This document shows, in pieces, positions 35,853-44,146 of a DNA stretch of 64,000 nucleotides. The notes beneath the pieces were generated by a model. It was not told the DNA's origin and did not search any database. It saw nothing but the letters and a program-made list of their open reading frames with translations. Each line of letters opens with the position of its first letter. Within the stretch, counting starts at the first letter, position 1. The position numbers and the translations under genes are program-made. This DNA comes from an uncultured Gammaproteobacteria bacterium (GTDB lineage Bacteria; Pseudomonadota; Gammaproteobacteria; HK1): the NCBI GenBank assembly GCA_958296085.1, contig OY282433.1, positions 2,960,367-3,024,366 of the forward strand. The letters run 5' to 3'.

Positions 35853-38707
35853 TCCGCCGCCGGCTCTACAACCCGGCGCAACTGACCCCCGACGAGTTGA
35901 AGGCGTCGTTCGTCGCGCGCGAGGACACCCTTGTGGAGATGCTCCGCCTGATCGGCGAGCAACCCCCCGGCCGGCCGTGCCAGCACGTGATGCTCATCGG
36001 CCCGCGCGGCATGGGAAAGACCACCCTTGGGCTGCGCTTCCTGCACGCGATCGGGGACACTCCCGACCTTGCCGCGCGCTGGCAGCCCGTCGCGTTCTAC
36101 GAGGAAAGCTACGAGATCGGCGACTTGGCGGACTTCTGGCTCGCCGCCCTGCGCCATTTGACTCGTGCCACCAACGACCCGCGATGGGCGGACAGAGCCG
36201 ACGCGCTCGCCAGGGACGAAGGAGATAGGGAACGGCTCGCCGCGTACGCCCTCTCGGCACTCACGGATTGTTGCCGGGAAAACGGGAAACGGCTGATCCT
36301 GTTCGTCGAGAACCTGGACACCATCTTCAGGCAGTTACGGGACGAGCGCGAAATTCATGCCCTGCGCGCCACCCTGATCGAGCGTCCGGAGATCCTGCTG
36401 CTCGGGTCCGCCAACGCCGTCTTCCAAGCTATCCGCGGCCACGGCGAGCCGTTCTACGAATTCTTCCGGCTGTTCATTCTCGAAGGTCTCGGACGGGAAG
36501 ACGCGCATCGGATACTCGCGGCCCTCGCGGGCTGTGAAGGCAGGCCGGAAATCCCGGAAGCCATGAAGCGGGAGCGCGGCCGGCTTGAGACCATACGCCG
36601 GCTGACGGGCGGCAATCCGAGATTGCTGGTGCTTGCCTGTCGAATGCTGATCGAATCCCCCCTCGGTTCCGCCTTCGAGGATCTGGAGCGGCTCATCGAC
36701 GAACAGACGCCTTACTTCAAAGCCAGGATCGAAGAATTGCCGATCCAGGCCCGCAAGGTGTTCCACTGTCTCGCGGAAGGGTGGAAGCCGATGCTGGCGA
36801 AGGAGGTGGCCGGCACCGCGACGCTGAGCTCCTCGCACGCCAGCGCCCAGCTCCGGCAACTCGTGGAGAAGGGTTATGCAAGAGAAATTCACCTGCCAAG
36901 GGCGAAGCGGGCGCGGTACGAGGTCAGCGACCGCTTCTACAACATCTACTACCTGCTGCGCTTCTCGCGCGCGGAGCGCGACCGTCTGGAACGGCTCGTC
37001 ACCTTCCTTCACGATCTTTTCGGCCCCGCCGGGATGCGGACGATGTATCCGGCGACACTGGCGACTTTACGTGGAGACGGTATCGGTGCGGGAGAGATCG
37101 CGGAATGGCTCGGCGTTCTGGCTTCCCACGTAGCTCGCGATCAAGGCTTCAAGGGGCGTGAGGATTGGCTGCGCGAAGCACTTGACATCGCTATGAGTCG
37201 TATCGGTCCGGGCAGCTCGATTGTCGACAGGATTCAGAGGGAGTTCGCAACCCAAGATCATTTGGACAGATTGTTGCAAGACGCCATCGATCTTTTTGGA
37301 GCCGGGCGTTTATCGGAGGCGACAGCGAAATTCCGAAACGTCATCGAGGAGCAGCCGGATAACGTCCTTGCTTGGACACTGCTCGGCTTTACGTTGATGC
37401 AAGAGCATCCCGAGGAGTCCATTGCAGCTTTCGAACATGTCCCGAAACATGTCGTCCCGGACGATCCGGCCGAATTACGTGCTCTGGCTGCGGTGGCGCT
37501 GACGGTCAACGGCCTGATTTTGGCCCAACTGGCACGTCACGGAGATGCAATCGCCACGCTTGAACAAATTCCTGAATACACTGACCCGGAAGACAAAGAT
37601 CACCTACGTGTATTGAGTGCCGTGATGCAACTTCTTACCGGTTCTTTTCTCGCCATGTCCGATCGACATGAAGAGGCCATCGCCGCTTGGCAGCGTGCCT
37701 CGGAAGATGTACGCCCGGACGATCCGGAAGAACTGCGACGAATGGCTGCGGAAGCACTCAAGAGAAAAGGTGATGCTCTTGCCGAGCTGGGCCGGCATGA
37801 AGAGGCCATCGCCGCATGGCAGTGGATCTCTGACCATGTACGCCCAGACGATCCGGAAGAGCCGCGCCGAATGGCTGCCGAAGCGCTCAGGAATAAAGGT
37901 GATGCTCTCGCTAAGTTGGGTCAGCATGAAGAAGCCATAGCTGCCTGGGAGCAGACTACCGAATACATATTCGTGGAGGATCCGACAGAGCTGCGTCACG
38001 TAGCAGCGATGGCCCTAGGCGCCAAGGGCCTCGCTCTTTCCAGGATGGAGCATTACGACGACTCGACCACCGCTTGGCATTGGGCTTCGCAGTATGTTCG
38101 CCCGGGCGATCCGGAGGAAACCCGGCAAGTAGTTGTCATGATGCTGGCAGTTGGAAGTCGTTTATTTAATCTACACGGGAAATATGGAGAGGCGGAAGCC
38201 GCTAGCAGAAAGGCGACGTGCATCGAACCGATGCATCATGAATCATGGCGCGTCCTGGCGGAAGCAATCCTTTGTCAGGACGACGATGCACGTCTGCCGG
38301 AGGCTGAAGACTGTGCTCGTCGCGCAGTGGAACTGGCGCCGGAAAATCCGGGCGCTCTTCACACACTTTCCGATGTTTTAGCTTGCCGTGGAAATTGGAC
38401 GGAAGCATTGGACCGACTTGCACACGCCCTGCACATTGGCGGCGATGTTTTCCAGGAAAAGGAATGGCCCGGTCTGACGGAATCATTGATCCCGGCGGTT
38501 GCCGCCGGTCATGGATCGCGTGTCAAGAGGATGATGGAGGAGGCCGGGCTGACCGAACCGATGGAACCGCTCTGGCATGCGATAAGGGCGGAGTTGGGCG
38601 AAGAACTCGAACCCCTGCCCGTGGAGATCATGGAAACCGTGACGGACCTCATGCAGGAATTTTCAGATATGAACCGCTCCGGGAAACCCGGAGACTCCAC
38701 TCGTTGA
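35849..38707 (+). CDS. STAND-like P-loop NTPase with winged helix and C-terminal TPR-like repeats
   Basis: Walker A is LIGPRGMGKTTLG and Walker B-like is LILFVENLD. A wHTH-like KVFHCLAEGWKPMLAKEV..LRQLVEKGY follows, then repeated HEEAIAAW.. units. I trimmed the start to ATG 35849. The last 12 codons plus the stop lie inside the IS3 end. Confidence 0.75.
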   Translation: MIRRRLYNPAQLTPDELKASFVAREDTLVEMLRLIGEQPPGRPCQHVMLIGPRGMGKTTLGLRFLHAIGDTPDLAARWQPVAFYEESYEIGDLADFWLAALRHLTRATNDPRWADRADALARDEGDRERLAAYALSALTDCCRENGKRLILFVENLDTIFRQLRDEREIHALRATLIERPEILLLGSANAVFQAIRGHGEPFYEFFRLFILEGLGREDAHRILAALAGCEGRPEIPEAMKRERGRLETIRRLTGGNPRLLVLACRMLIESPLGSAFEDLERLIDEQTPYFKARIEELPIQARKVFHCLAEGWKPMLAKEVAGTATLSSSHASAQLRQLVEKGYAREIHLPRAKRARYEVSDRFYNIYYLLRFSRAERDRLERLVTFLHDLFGPAGMRTMYPATLATLRGDGIGAGEIAEWLGVLASHVARDQGFKGREDWLREALDIAMSRIGPGSSIVDRIQREFATQDHLDRLLQDAIDLFGAGRLSEATAKFRNVIEEQPDNVLAWTLLGFTLMQEHPEESIAAFEHVPKHVVPDDPAELRALAAVALTVNGLILAQLARHGDAIATLEQIPEYTDPEDKDHLRVLSAVMQLLTGSFLAMSDRHEEAIAAWQRASEDVRPDDPEELRRMAAEALKRKGDALAELGRHEEAIAAWQWISDHVRPDDPEEPRRMAAEALRNKGDALAKLGQHEEAIAAWEQTTEYIFVEDPTELRHVAAMALGAKGLALSRMEHYDDSTTAWHWASQYVRPGDPEETRQVVVMMLAVGSRLFNLHGKYGEAEAASRKATCIEPMHHESWRVLAEAILCQDDDARLPEAEDCARRAVELAPENPGALHTLSDVLACRGNWTEALDRLAHALHIGGDVFQEKEWPGLTESLIPAVAAGHGSRVKRMMEEAGLTEPMEPLWHAIRAELGEELEPLPVEIMETVTDLMQEFSDMNRSGKPGDSTR
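37667..38053 (+). repeat. three tandem 129-bp (43-aa) units inside the TPR region
   Basis: catgaaga(g/a)gcc recurs at 37667, 37796 and 37925. The first two units are highly similar at the nucleotide level (HEEAIAAWQ..VRPDDPEE.RRMAAEAL..KGDALA.LG). Confidence 0.8.
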
Positions 38708-38839
38708 GTCTTTGGGAGGCAAGGGCAGATGACTTCACCGACAAGATACTCCCCGGAAGTCCGGGAACGGGCGGTGCGCCTGGTGTTGGAGCACCAAGGT
38801 GAGCATGATTCGCAGTGGTCGCCGTCACCGTGGCGGTAG
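38670..38839 (+). mobile_element. IS3-family left end with truncated orfA (MTSPTRYSPEVRERAVRLVLEHQGEHDSQW..)
   Basis: The terminus TGAACCGCTCC.. is at 38670 and the orfA ATG is at 38729. RYSPEVRERAVRLVLEHQGE..SQW is the conserved N-terminus of IS3 OrfA HTH proteins. Homology is lost after about 30 codons, and the stop is at 38837-38839. Confidence 0.75.
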
Positions 38840-38858
38840 GGATGTCGTGGTGACAGGG

Positions 38859-39263
38859 ATGAAACGTCATTCGCATGTCAAGGGCAAGCTGCGCTGGGAG
38901 GTGCCCTTGCGCCGCGAGTGCGAAGTGCGCACCCGGTTCGCCGAGGAGGCGGTTTTGCACCGGGGCGAGCCCTACGTCTGGATCGGCTTCGGGTTCGAGA
39001 ACGACCGGGAGGAGGAGCGACAGATCTCGATCGCCCTCTTCCTCCATAGCCGGCGGGCGAGGAGCTACGCCATGCGCCTGCTGAAGCAGATGGGGGTGCG
39101 GTCGCTCCCGAGCACCGGCGACCTCGCCGAGGACGCGGTGCAGCTCGTGCAGGCGATCGAGGGGACCCTGCTCCCGGCCGCCCTCGGCATGAGGCGGAGC
39201 ATGGAGCAGGATGGCAAGTGGCGGGTCGTCCAGATCCGCATGCCCGGACGCGGGGGCGCGTGA
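38859..39263 (+). CDS. hypothetical protein
   Basis: The ORF 38799..39263 was trimmed to ATG 38859 to avoid the IS3 remnant. It has host-like G+C, and I recognise no motif. Confidence 0.4.
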   Translation: MKRHSHVKGKLRWEVPLRRECEVRTRFAEEAVLHRGEPYVWIGFGFENDREEERQISIALFLHSRRARSYAMRLLKQMGVRSLPSTGDLAEDAVQLVQAIEGTLLPAALGMRRSMEQDGKWRVVQIRMPGRGGA

Positions 39264-39290
39264 ACGGCCTCGGTGGAAGTGATTATCAGG

Positions 39291-39308
39291 TGATAATCTT
39301 ATAACCTA
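39291..39308. promoter_or_regulatory. perfect palindrome GATTATC-aggt-GATAATC at the start of an unusually AT-rich ~80-nt patch
   Basis: Read directly from the sequence. It is followed by further TTATC repeats (39309-39360) and lies about 190 nt upstream of the DUF4143-type ATPase gene. Confidence 0.35.
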
Positions 39309-39499
39309 CCCCTTTCGTATCTATTTATCTTCGTTATCATTTCCGGCTATTCACCCGCTTTCCGCGGGAACGGATGGTCCAACCCTCCTCCTGACCTGCC
39401 GGCGGACGGCAGCGCGGAGTGTCGGGCCGTGCTTGGGCCACTCGGGGGTCACCGTATGCTATCGTACGAATTCTTCGATGAGATCGTAGAATTTGCAGC

Positions 39500-40681
39500 A
39501 TGTGGATTGACCGACAGGTAGAACCACTTCTCCTGCGGAGGGCCGCGACCCGCCCGGTCGTCGTCCTGACCGGTGCGCGCCAGACCGGGAAGACGAGCCT
39601 GGTACGCCGGCTGTTCCCGGATCACGCCTACGTCACGCTGGACCTGCCGAGCGAGGCGGAGCAGGCGGAACGCGACCCCGTTTCGTTTCTCGCCCGCCAT
39701 CCGCCGCCGCTCATCGTGGACGAAGTGCAGTATGCCCCCGGCCTCTTTCGCCATCTCAAGGTCGCGGTGGATGGGGAGCGCGAGCGCCCGGGCGCCTTCC
39801 TGCTGACCGGCTCGCAGCCGCTCGGCCTCATGCGGTCGGTCTCCGATTCACTCGCGGGGCGTGCCGAGGTCATCGAGCTGGAGCCACTCTCCTTCGCCGA
39901 GGCCAGGGCGGCGCATCCGCGTCTCGGCGTCGAGGAGTTCCTGGTTCGCGGCGGCCTCCCGGAGCTCTACCGGGATCGGGAGATCGACGCGGAGGGCTTT
40001 CTCCGCTCCTACGTGGCGACGTACCTGGAACGCGACCTCCGGCAGCTCCTCCGAGTCTCGAGTCTGCGGGACTACGAGCGCTTCCTGCGCGCTGCGGCGT
40101 TGCGCTCCACGCATCTGCTGAACAGGGCCGATCTCGCCCGCGACGTGGGCATCAGCGGCTCTACCTCCGCCGCTTGGCTCTCTGCGCTGGAGGCGACGCA
40201 TCAGCTCATGGTGCTCGAACCGTGGTTCGGCAACCGGACGAAGGCGCTGGTGAAACGACCGAAGCTGTACCTGCGCGATGCCGGGCTGGCGGCCTTCCTG
40301 TGCGGGGTCCATTCCGTGGAGGCCCTGTGCTCCTCGCCGCTGGCGGGCGCGCTGTGGGAAACGCTCGTCTGTGCCGAGATCCGCCGTTCGCAGTCGAACC
40401 GGCGCGGCGGGTGGGATCTCCACTTCTGGCGCGACCAGAGCCGCGAGGCCGACTTCCTCCTGCACCGGGCGGGAGCGTTCCACCTGGCCGACGCGAAGTG
40501 GACCGAGCACCCGGGCGGGCGCGACGCGAAGGCATTGTTCAGGATCGCCCAAGCTCTACCGCCCGGCAGCGTCCGAACGATGTCGATCTTCTGCCGGGCG
40601 ATCAACCCCTATCCGCTGGGCTCGGGGGGCGTGAATGCGGTTCCCCTCGATGCGCCGGAGGCGCTCGCGGAATGGGCCTGA
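39500..40681 (+). CDS. AAA ATPase with DUF4143-like C-terminal domain
   Basis: Walker A is LTGARQTGKTSL and Walker B is LIVDEVQYAP. Its length (393 aa) and layout are typical of the AAA_14/DUF4143 family. Confidence 0.75.
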   Translation: MWIDRQVEPLLLRRAATRPVVVLTGARQTGKTSLVRRLFPDHAYVTLDLPSEAEQAERDPVSFLARHPPPLIVDEVQYAPGLFRHLKVAVDGERERPGAFLLTGSQPLGLMRSVSDSLAGRAEVIELEPLSFAEARAAHPRLGVEEFLVRGGLPELYRDREIDAEGFLRSYVATYLERDLRQLLRVSSLRDYERFLRAAALRSTHLLNRADLARDVGISGSTSAAWLSALEATHQLMVLEPWFGNRTKALVKRPKLYLRDAGLAAFLCGVHSVEALCSSPLAGALWETLVCAEIRRSQSNRRGGWDLHFWRDQSREADFLLHRAGAFHLADAKWTEHPGGRDAKALFRIAQALPPGSVRTMSIFCRAINPYPLGSGGVNAVPLDAPEALAEWA

Positions 40682-41024
40682 TGGGCGGGTTCCACTTCGC
40701 ATACGCGGAAACACCGGCGGCGGGTCGACTCGAGTCTCCACCCTCCCGTCGGCCCGGCCTTCGGCCCTCCGTGCATGAGGCCGACCCGAGCTCGTGCATC
40801 CTCTCCTCTCCCTTCGACGTCCACCTCCCGTTCAACGACCCCCGGACCGCGCCCGCGGCTCCATCCCCACCTCCGCCCTCGGGCTCATCTTCGTACCCGG
40901 AAGAGAGCGGGGGCGTTCGAACCCGGTGCGAAGCGCCTGCGTGCTCGGGCGGCAGGCGGGCGCGGAGGCGGGTGTCGGCGTCCGGCCCGGACGCGGAGGC
41001 GGACGCGGACGGATTGCGCCGCGT

Positions 41025-42548
41025 TCAGCCGGCCACCGTTTCAGCCCACCTTGCCTTGACGGCCTCGCGGTCGACCGCGCCGCTGTCGTCGCGGGGCAGG
41101 GAGTCGGTGAACGCGACGTGCTGCGGGCGCTTGAAGCGGGCGATGCGCGAGCCGACGTGGTCGATGACCTGCTCCGCGGTGAGCCCGCCCGGAGTCTCCA
41201 CGACCGCCATGATCCCCTCGCCCCACTTCCGGTCCGGCACCCCGAACACGCAGACCGCGCTCGCCTCCGCCAGCTCCATGATGGTGGTCTCGACCTCGGC
41301 GGGGTAGACGTTCTCGCCGCCCGGCTTGATGAGCTCCTTCTCGGGCTTGCGCTTCACGTAGTGGAGATACCCGTCCTCGTCGAAGCGCCCGACGTCGCCG
41401 GTGTGGTGCCATCCGTCCCGGAAGGTGTACTCGTTGACCTCGGGCTGGTCGAAGTAGCCCTGGAAGACGGTGGGGCCGCGGGCCAGGATCTCGCCGGGGG
41501 TTCCGGCCGGAACGTCGCGGTCGTAGTCGTCGACCACCCGCACTCGGCACACCGGCCCGGGGACCCCCGCCGCTCCCGGCCGATCGCGGAAGCGCTGCAA
41601 CGTCACCCAGCCGGTGGTCTCCGTCTGCCCGAACCCGCTCCAGAACTCGGCGCCGGTCTCGGCGTGCAGGCGCTGGATGGTGTCCGGGGTGTCGAGCCCG
41701 TTCACGATGCGAAGCGAACCGAGGGTGCTGCCCTGCTCCCGCGCCTGGTCCAGAACGCTGACCAGCACCGGGGGGAAGTCACTGATGAAGCTGAGGCGGT
41801 GGTGGTCGATGAGACGCACCGCCTCGGCCGGGTCGAAGCGCGGCATCACGACGTTCTGCCCTCCCGCGTGCATCACCGCAAGCCCGCTCCCGAGGGCCGC
41901 GATGTGGAAGAGAGGGAGGGCCAGCAGGTTTCCGTCGGCGGGGCCGAGGCCCATCGCGGCGGCGGTCTGGAGGTTGGAGGTGACGACGTTGGCATGGGTG
42001 AGCACGGCTCCCCGCGGGATCACGTCGACCGCCGCGGTAGGAATGATCGCGAACGGATCGCCGGCCGCGACGTACGGCCGGTCCACGGCCTCGCCCGCGG
42101 CGCGAAGCTGGTCGAATGCGATCCAGGCGCCGCGCGGCTCGCCATCGATCTGGGCCCTGAGGATCACCACCTCCAGCCCCGCTCCATTCTCCGGCAGCAC
42201 CTCGCGGTACGCCTCGTCGATGACGAGGGCGCGCGGCCGGGCGCGCTCGCACGAACGGGCGACTTCGCCCGCCGACAGCCTCCAGTTGAGGGGATAGGGG
42301 ACGATCCCCTGGCGTGCGCAGGCGAAGTAGAGCTCGAAGTAGGCCGCGGAGTTCTGGGCGATGACGAGCACCCGATCCCCCTTCGCGAGACCTGCTCCGG
42401 CGAGCCCGGCCGCGAGGGCGTCCACCCGGCCCCTGAGGGCGGCGAACGTGAGGGTGTCCCCGGTCTCGGTGACGAGGGCCGACCGGCCGGCAAGGCAGCC
42501 CGCGTTGCGGGCGAGGAGGTCGTAGACGGTGAAGCTTTGTGCGTGCAT
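41025..42548 (-). CDS. AMP-dependent synthetase/ligase (acyl-CoA synthetase family)
   Basis: Adenylate-forming motifs include TGDVGRFDEDGYLHYVKRKPE and GENVYPAEVE. I trimmed the start to ATG 42548. Confidence 0.85.
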   Translation of the reverse strand: MHAQSFTVYDLLARNAGCLAGRSALVTETGDTLTFAALRGRVDALAAGLAGAGLAKGDRVLVIAQNSAAYFELYFACARQGIVPYPLNWRLSAGEVARSCERARPRALVIDEAYREVLPENGAGLEVVILRAQIDGEPRGAWIAFDQLRAAGEAVDRPYVAAGDPFAIIPTAAVDVIPRGAVLTHANVVTSNLQTAAAMGLGPADGNLLALPLFHIAALGSGLAVMHAGGQNVVMPRFDPAEAVRLIDHHRLSFISDFPPVLVSVLDQAREQGSTLGSLRIVNGLDTPDTIQRLHAETGAEFWSGFGQTETTGWVTLQRFRDRPGAAGVPGPVCRVRVVDDYDRDVPAGTPGEILARGPTVFQGYFDQPEVNEYTFRDGWHHTGDVGRFDEDGYLHYVKRKPEKELIKPGGENVYPAEVETTIMELAEASAVCVFGVPDRKWGEGIMAVVETPGGLTAEQVIDHVGSRIARFKRPQHVAFTDSLPRDDSGAVDREAVKARWAETVAG

Positions 42549-42655
42549 GGATGCGTCGCCGCGTTTCAAGGGAGGGCGTGGAAAGCGTACCACCCTCCCG
42601 GGGCGCGGCGGGCCCGGACTTGGCGAGGCTTTGCCTCGAACCGACGAGGCAGGCG

Positions 42656-42773
42656 GCGCACGGCGGGGAGCGCGGGCCTCTTGCCCGCTCGGCCCTGGAC
42701 CCGCCGCGGGCTGGAAGCCCGTGCTCCCAGGGAAGCTCTCGCTTCCAGGGAGGCATCGCAGAGATCCTGGCTC
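42656..42773. repeat. dispersed GC-rich intergenic repeat, copy 3
   Basis: Contains gcgcacggcggggagcgcgggcctcttgcccgc, ccgcgggctggaagcccgtgctcccagggaag and cagggaggcatcgcagaga. These are collinear with copy 1. Confidence 0.75.
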
Positions 42774-42874
42774 AACGGGAAGAGTGACGACGACTCGAGG
42801 ATTCCAGCCGGCTCAGGAGGCCGATTGCCGCGAAGCGGACGGCGAGCCCGGCGCGGGCGGGGGTCAGGCGGGGG

Positions 42875-43231
42875 TCAGTGCCGAGCGCGAAGGTGGAGCA
42901 CGTACGTACCGTTCTCCAGGGCCCTGAACGTCTCCATGACCTGGGGATGGTCGACCGGCCTCGGGTCGTCCTCGCGGAGCAGGTTCTGCTCGGACACGTA
43001 CGCGTTGTAGTGGCCTTGGGCGTTCTCGGCGAAGAGGTGGTAAAAGGGCTGGTCCTTCGACGGCCGGACCGCTACGGGGATGGAGTTCCACCATTCCTCG
43101 GAGTTCGCGAACTCCGGGTCCACGTCGTAGATGACGCCCCGGAACGGGTAGACGCGGTGACGGACGATGTCACCGATCCGAAACCTCGCGCGACGCTCGA
43201 TGCCCATACTCGACTTCCTCTTGATCTTCAT
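42875..43231 (-). CDS. hspQ: heat-shock protein HspQ (YccV-like hemimethylated-DNA-binding domain)
   Basis: FRIGDIVRHRVYPFRGVIYDVDPEF..PFYHLFAE..YVSEQNL parallels E. coli HspQ. The start is uncertain (43231 or 43207). Confidence 0.75.
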   Translation of the reverse strand: MKIKRKSSMGIERRARFRIGDIVRHRVYPFRGVIYDVDPEFANSEEWWNSIPVAVRPSKDQPFYHLFAENAQGHYNAYVSEQNLLREDDPRPVDHPQVMETFRALENGTYVLHLRARH

Positions 43232-43384
43232 TATGGGTGCGATGCCCGCGCGTTTCCACCTTCCCGGCGGGTGGCGCATGGCGGATCGTCCGGGCCGCCC
43301 GCCAGGTGCGGACGCCCGCCGATTGCACGGGAGGAAGCTCGGCCGGGGGGGGGCGGGCGGCGCGGGCCCCGGCGAGCGCGCCGG

Positions 43385-44146
43385 TCAGGGCCGGAACTGC
43401 TCGCTCAGGATGCGTTCTTCGAGGTTGCGCTCGGGGTCGAAGAGCAGCCGCATTTCGATGTCCCGATCCTCCCGGACCTCGACGGCCACCACGTCCCGGG
43501 TCTCGCGCGCATCGGGACTCGCGCTGACCGGCCGCTTCTTCGGATCGAGCACGTCGAAGCGTACCCGCGCCTCGCGCGGAAGCAGCGCCCCGCGCCAGCG
43601 TCGGGGGCGGAACGGACTGATCGCGGTGAGCGCGAGCACCCCCGCGCTCAGGGGAAGGATCGGGCCGTGGGCGGAGTGGTTGTACGCGGAGCTGCCGGCC
43701 GGCGTGGCGACGAGGATGCCGTCGCAGATGATCTCGTCCAACCGGACCCGGCCGTCTATCGAGACCCGGATCCTGGAAGCCTGGCCGGTCTGGCGGTGCA
43801 GGGATACCTCGTTAATGGCGAGCAGCTCGATTTCCGCTCCCCCGAAGCGGGTCGCCTTCATGCGGAGCGGGCTCAAGGTGGTCGGGGTGGCCCGGCGGAG
43901 GCGCTCGGTGAGCCGGTCTTCTTCGAAGGCGTTCATGAGAAAGCCGACCGTGCCCCGGTTCATGCCGAAGAAGGGGATCCCGAGCTGCATGTGCCGGTGA
44001 AGCGCATCGAGCATGAACCCGTCTCCGCCGAGCGCGACGATGACGTCGGCCTCTTCGACGGGATGCTGTCCGTAGCGCCGGGCGAGGTCGCGGGCGGCGT
44101 CCCCGGCGTGCTCCGCGGCAAGGAACGCGATGCGTTCAACCGCCAT
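43385..44146 (-). CDS. nadK: NAD(+) kinase
   Basis: Contains the ALGGDGFML and NRGTVGFL motifs; 253 aa. Confidence 0.9.
   Translation of the reverse strand: MAVERIAFLAAEHAGDAARDLARRYGQHPVEEADVIVALGGDGFMLDALHRHMQLGIPFFGMNRGTVGFLMNAFEEDRLTERLRRATPTTLSPLRMKATRFGGAEIELLAINEVSLHRQTGQASRIRVSIDGRVRLDEIICDGILVATPAGSSAYNHSAHGPILPLSAGVLALTAISPFRPRRWRGALLPREARVRFDVLDPKKRPVSASPDARETRDVVAVEVREDRDIEMRLLFDPERNLEERILSEQFRP

Noticed and set aside
40900-40945. tRNA fragment or att site suggested by ggggcgttcgaacccgg.
   Set aside because: The flanking bases cannot form a T-arm (5-bp stem around a 7-nt loop) on either strand, and no acceptor or anticodon arms are present.
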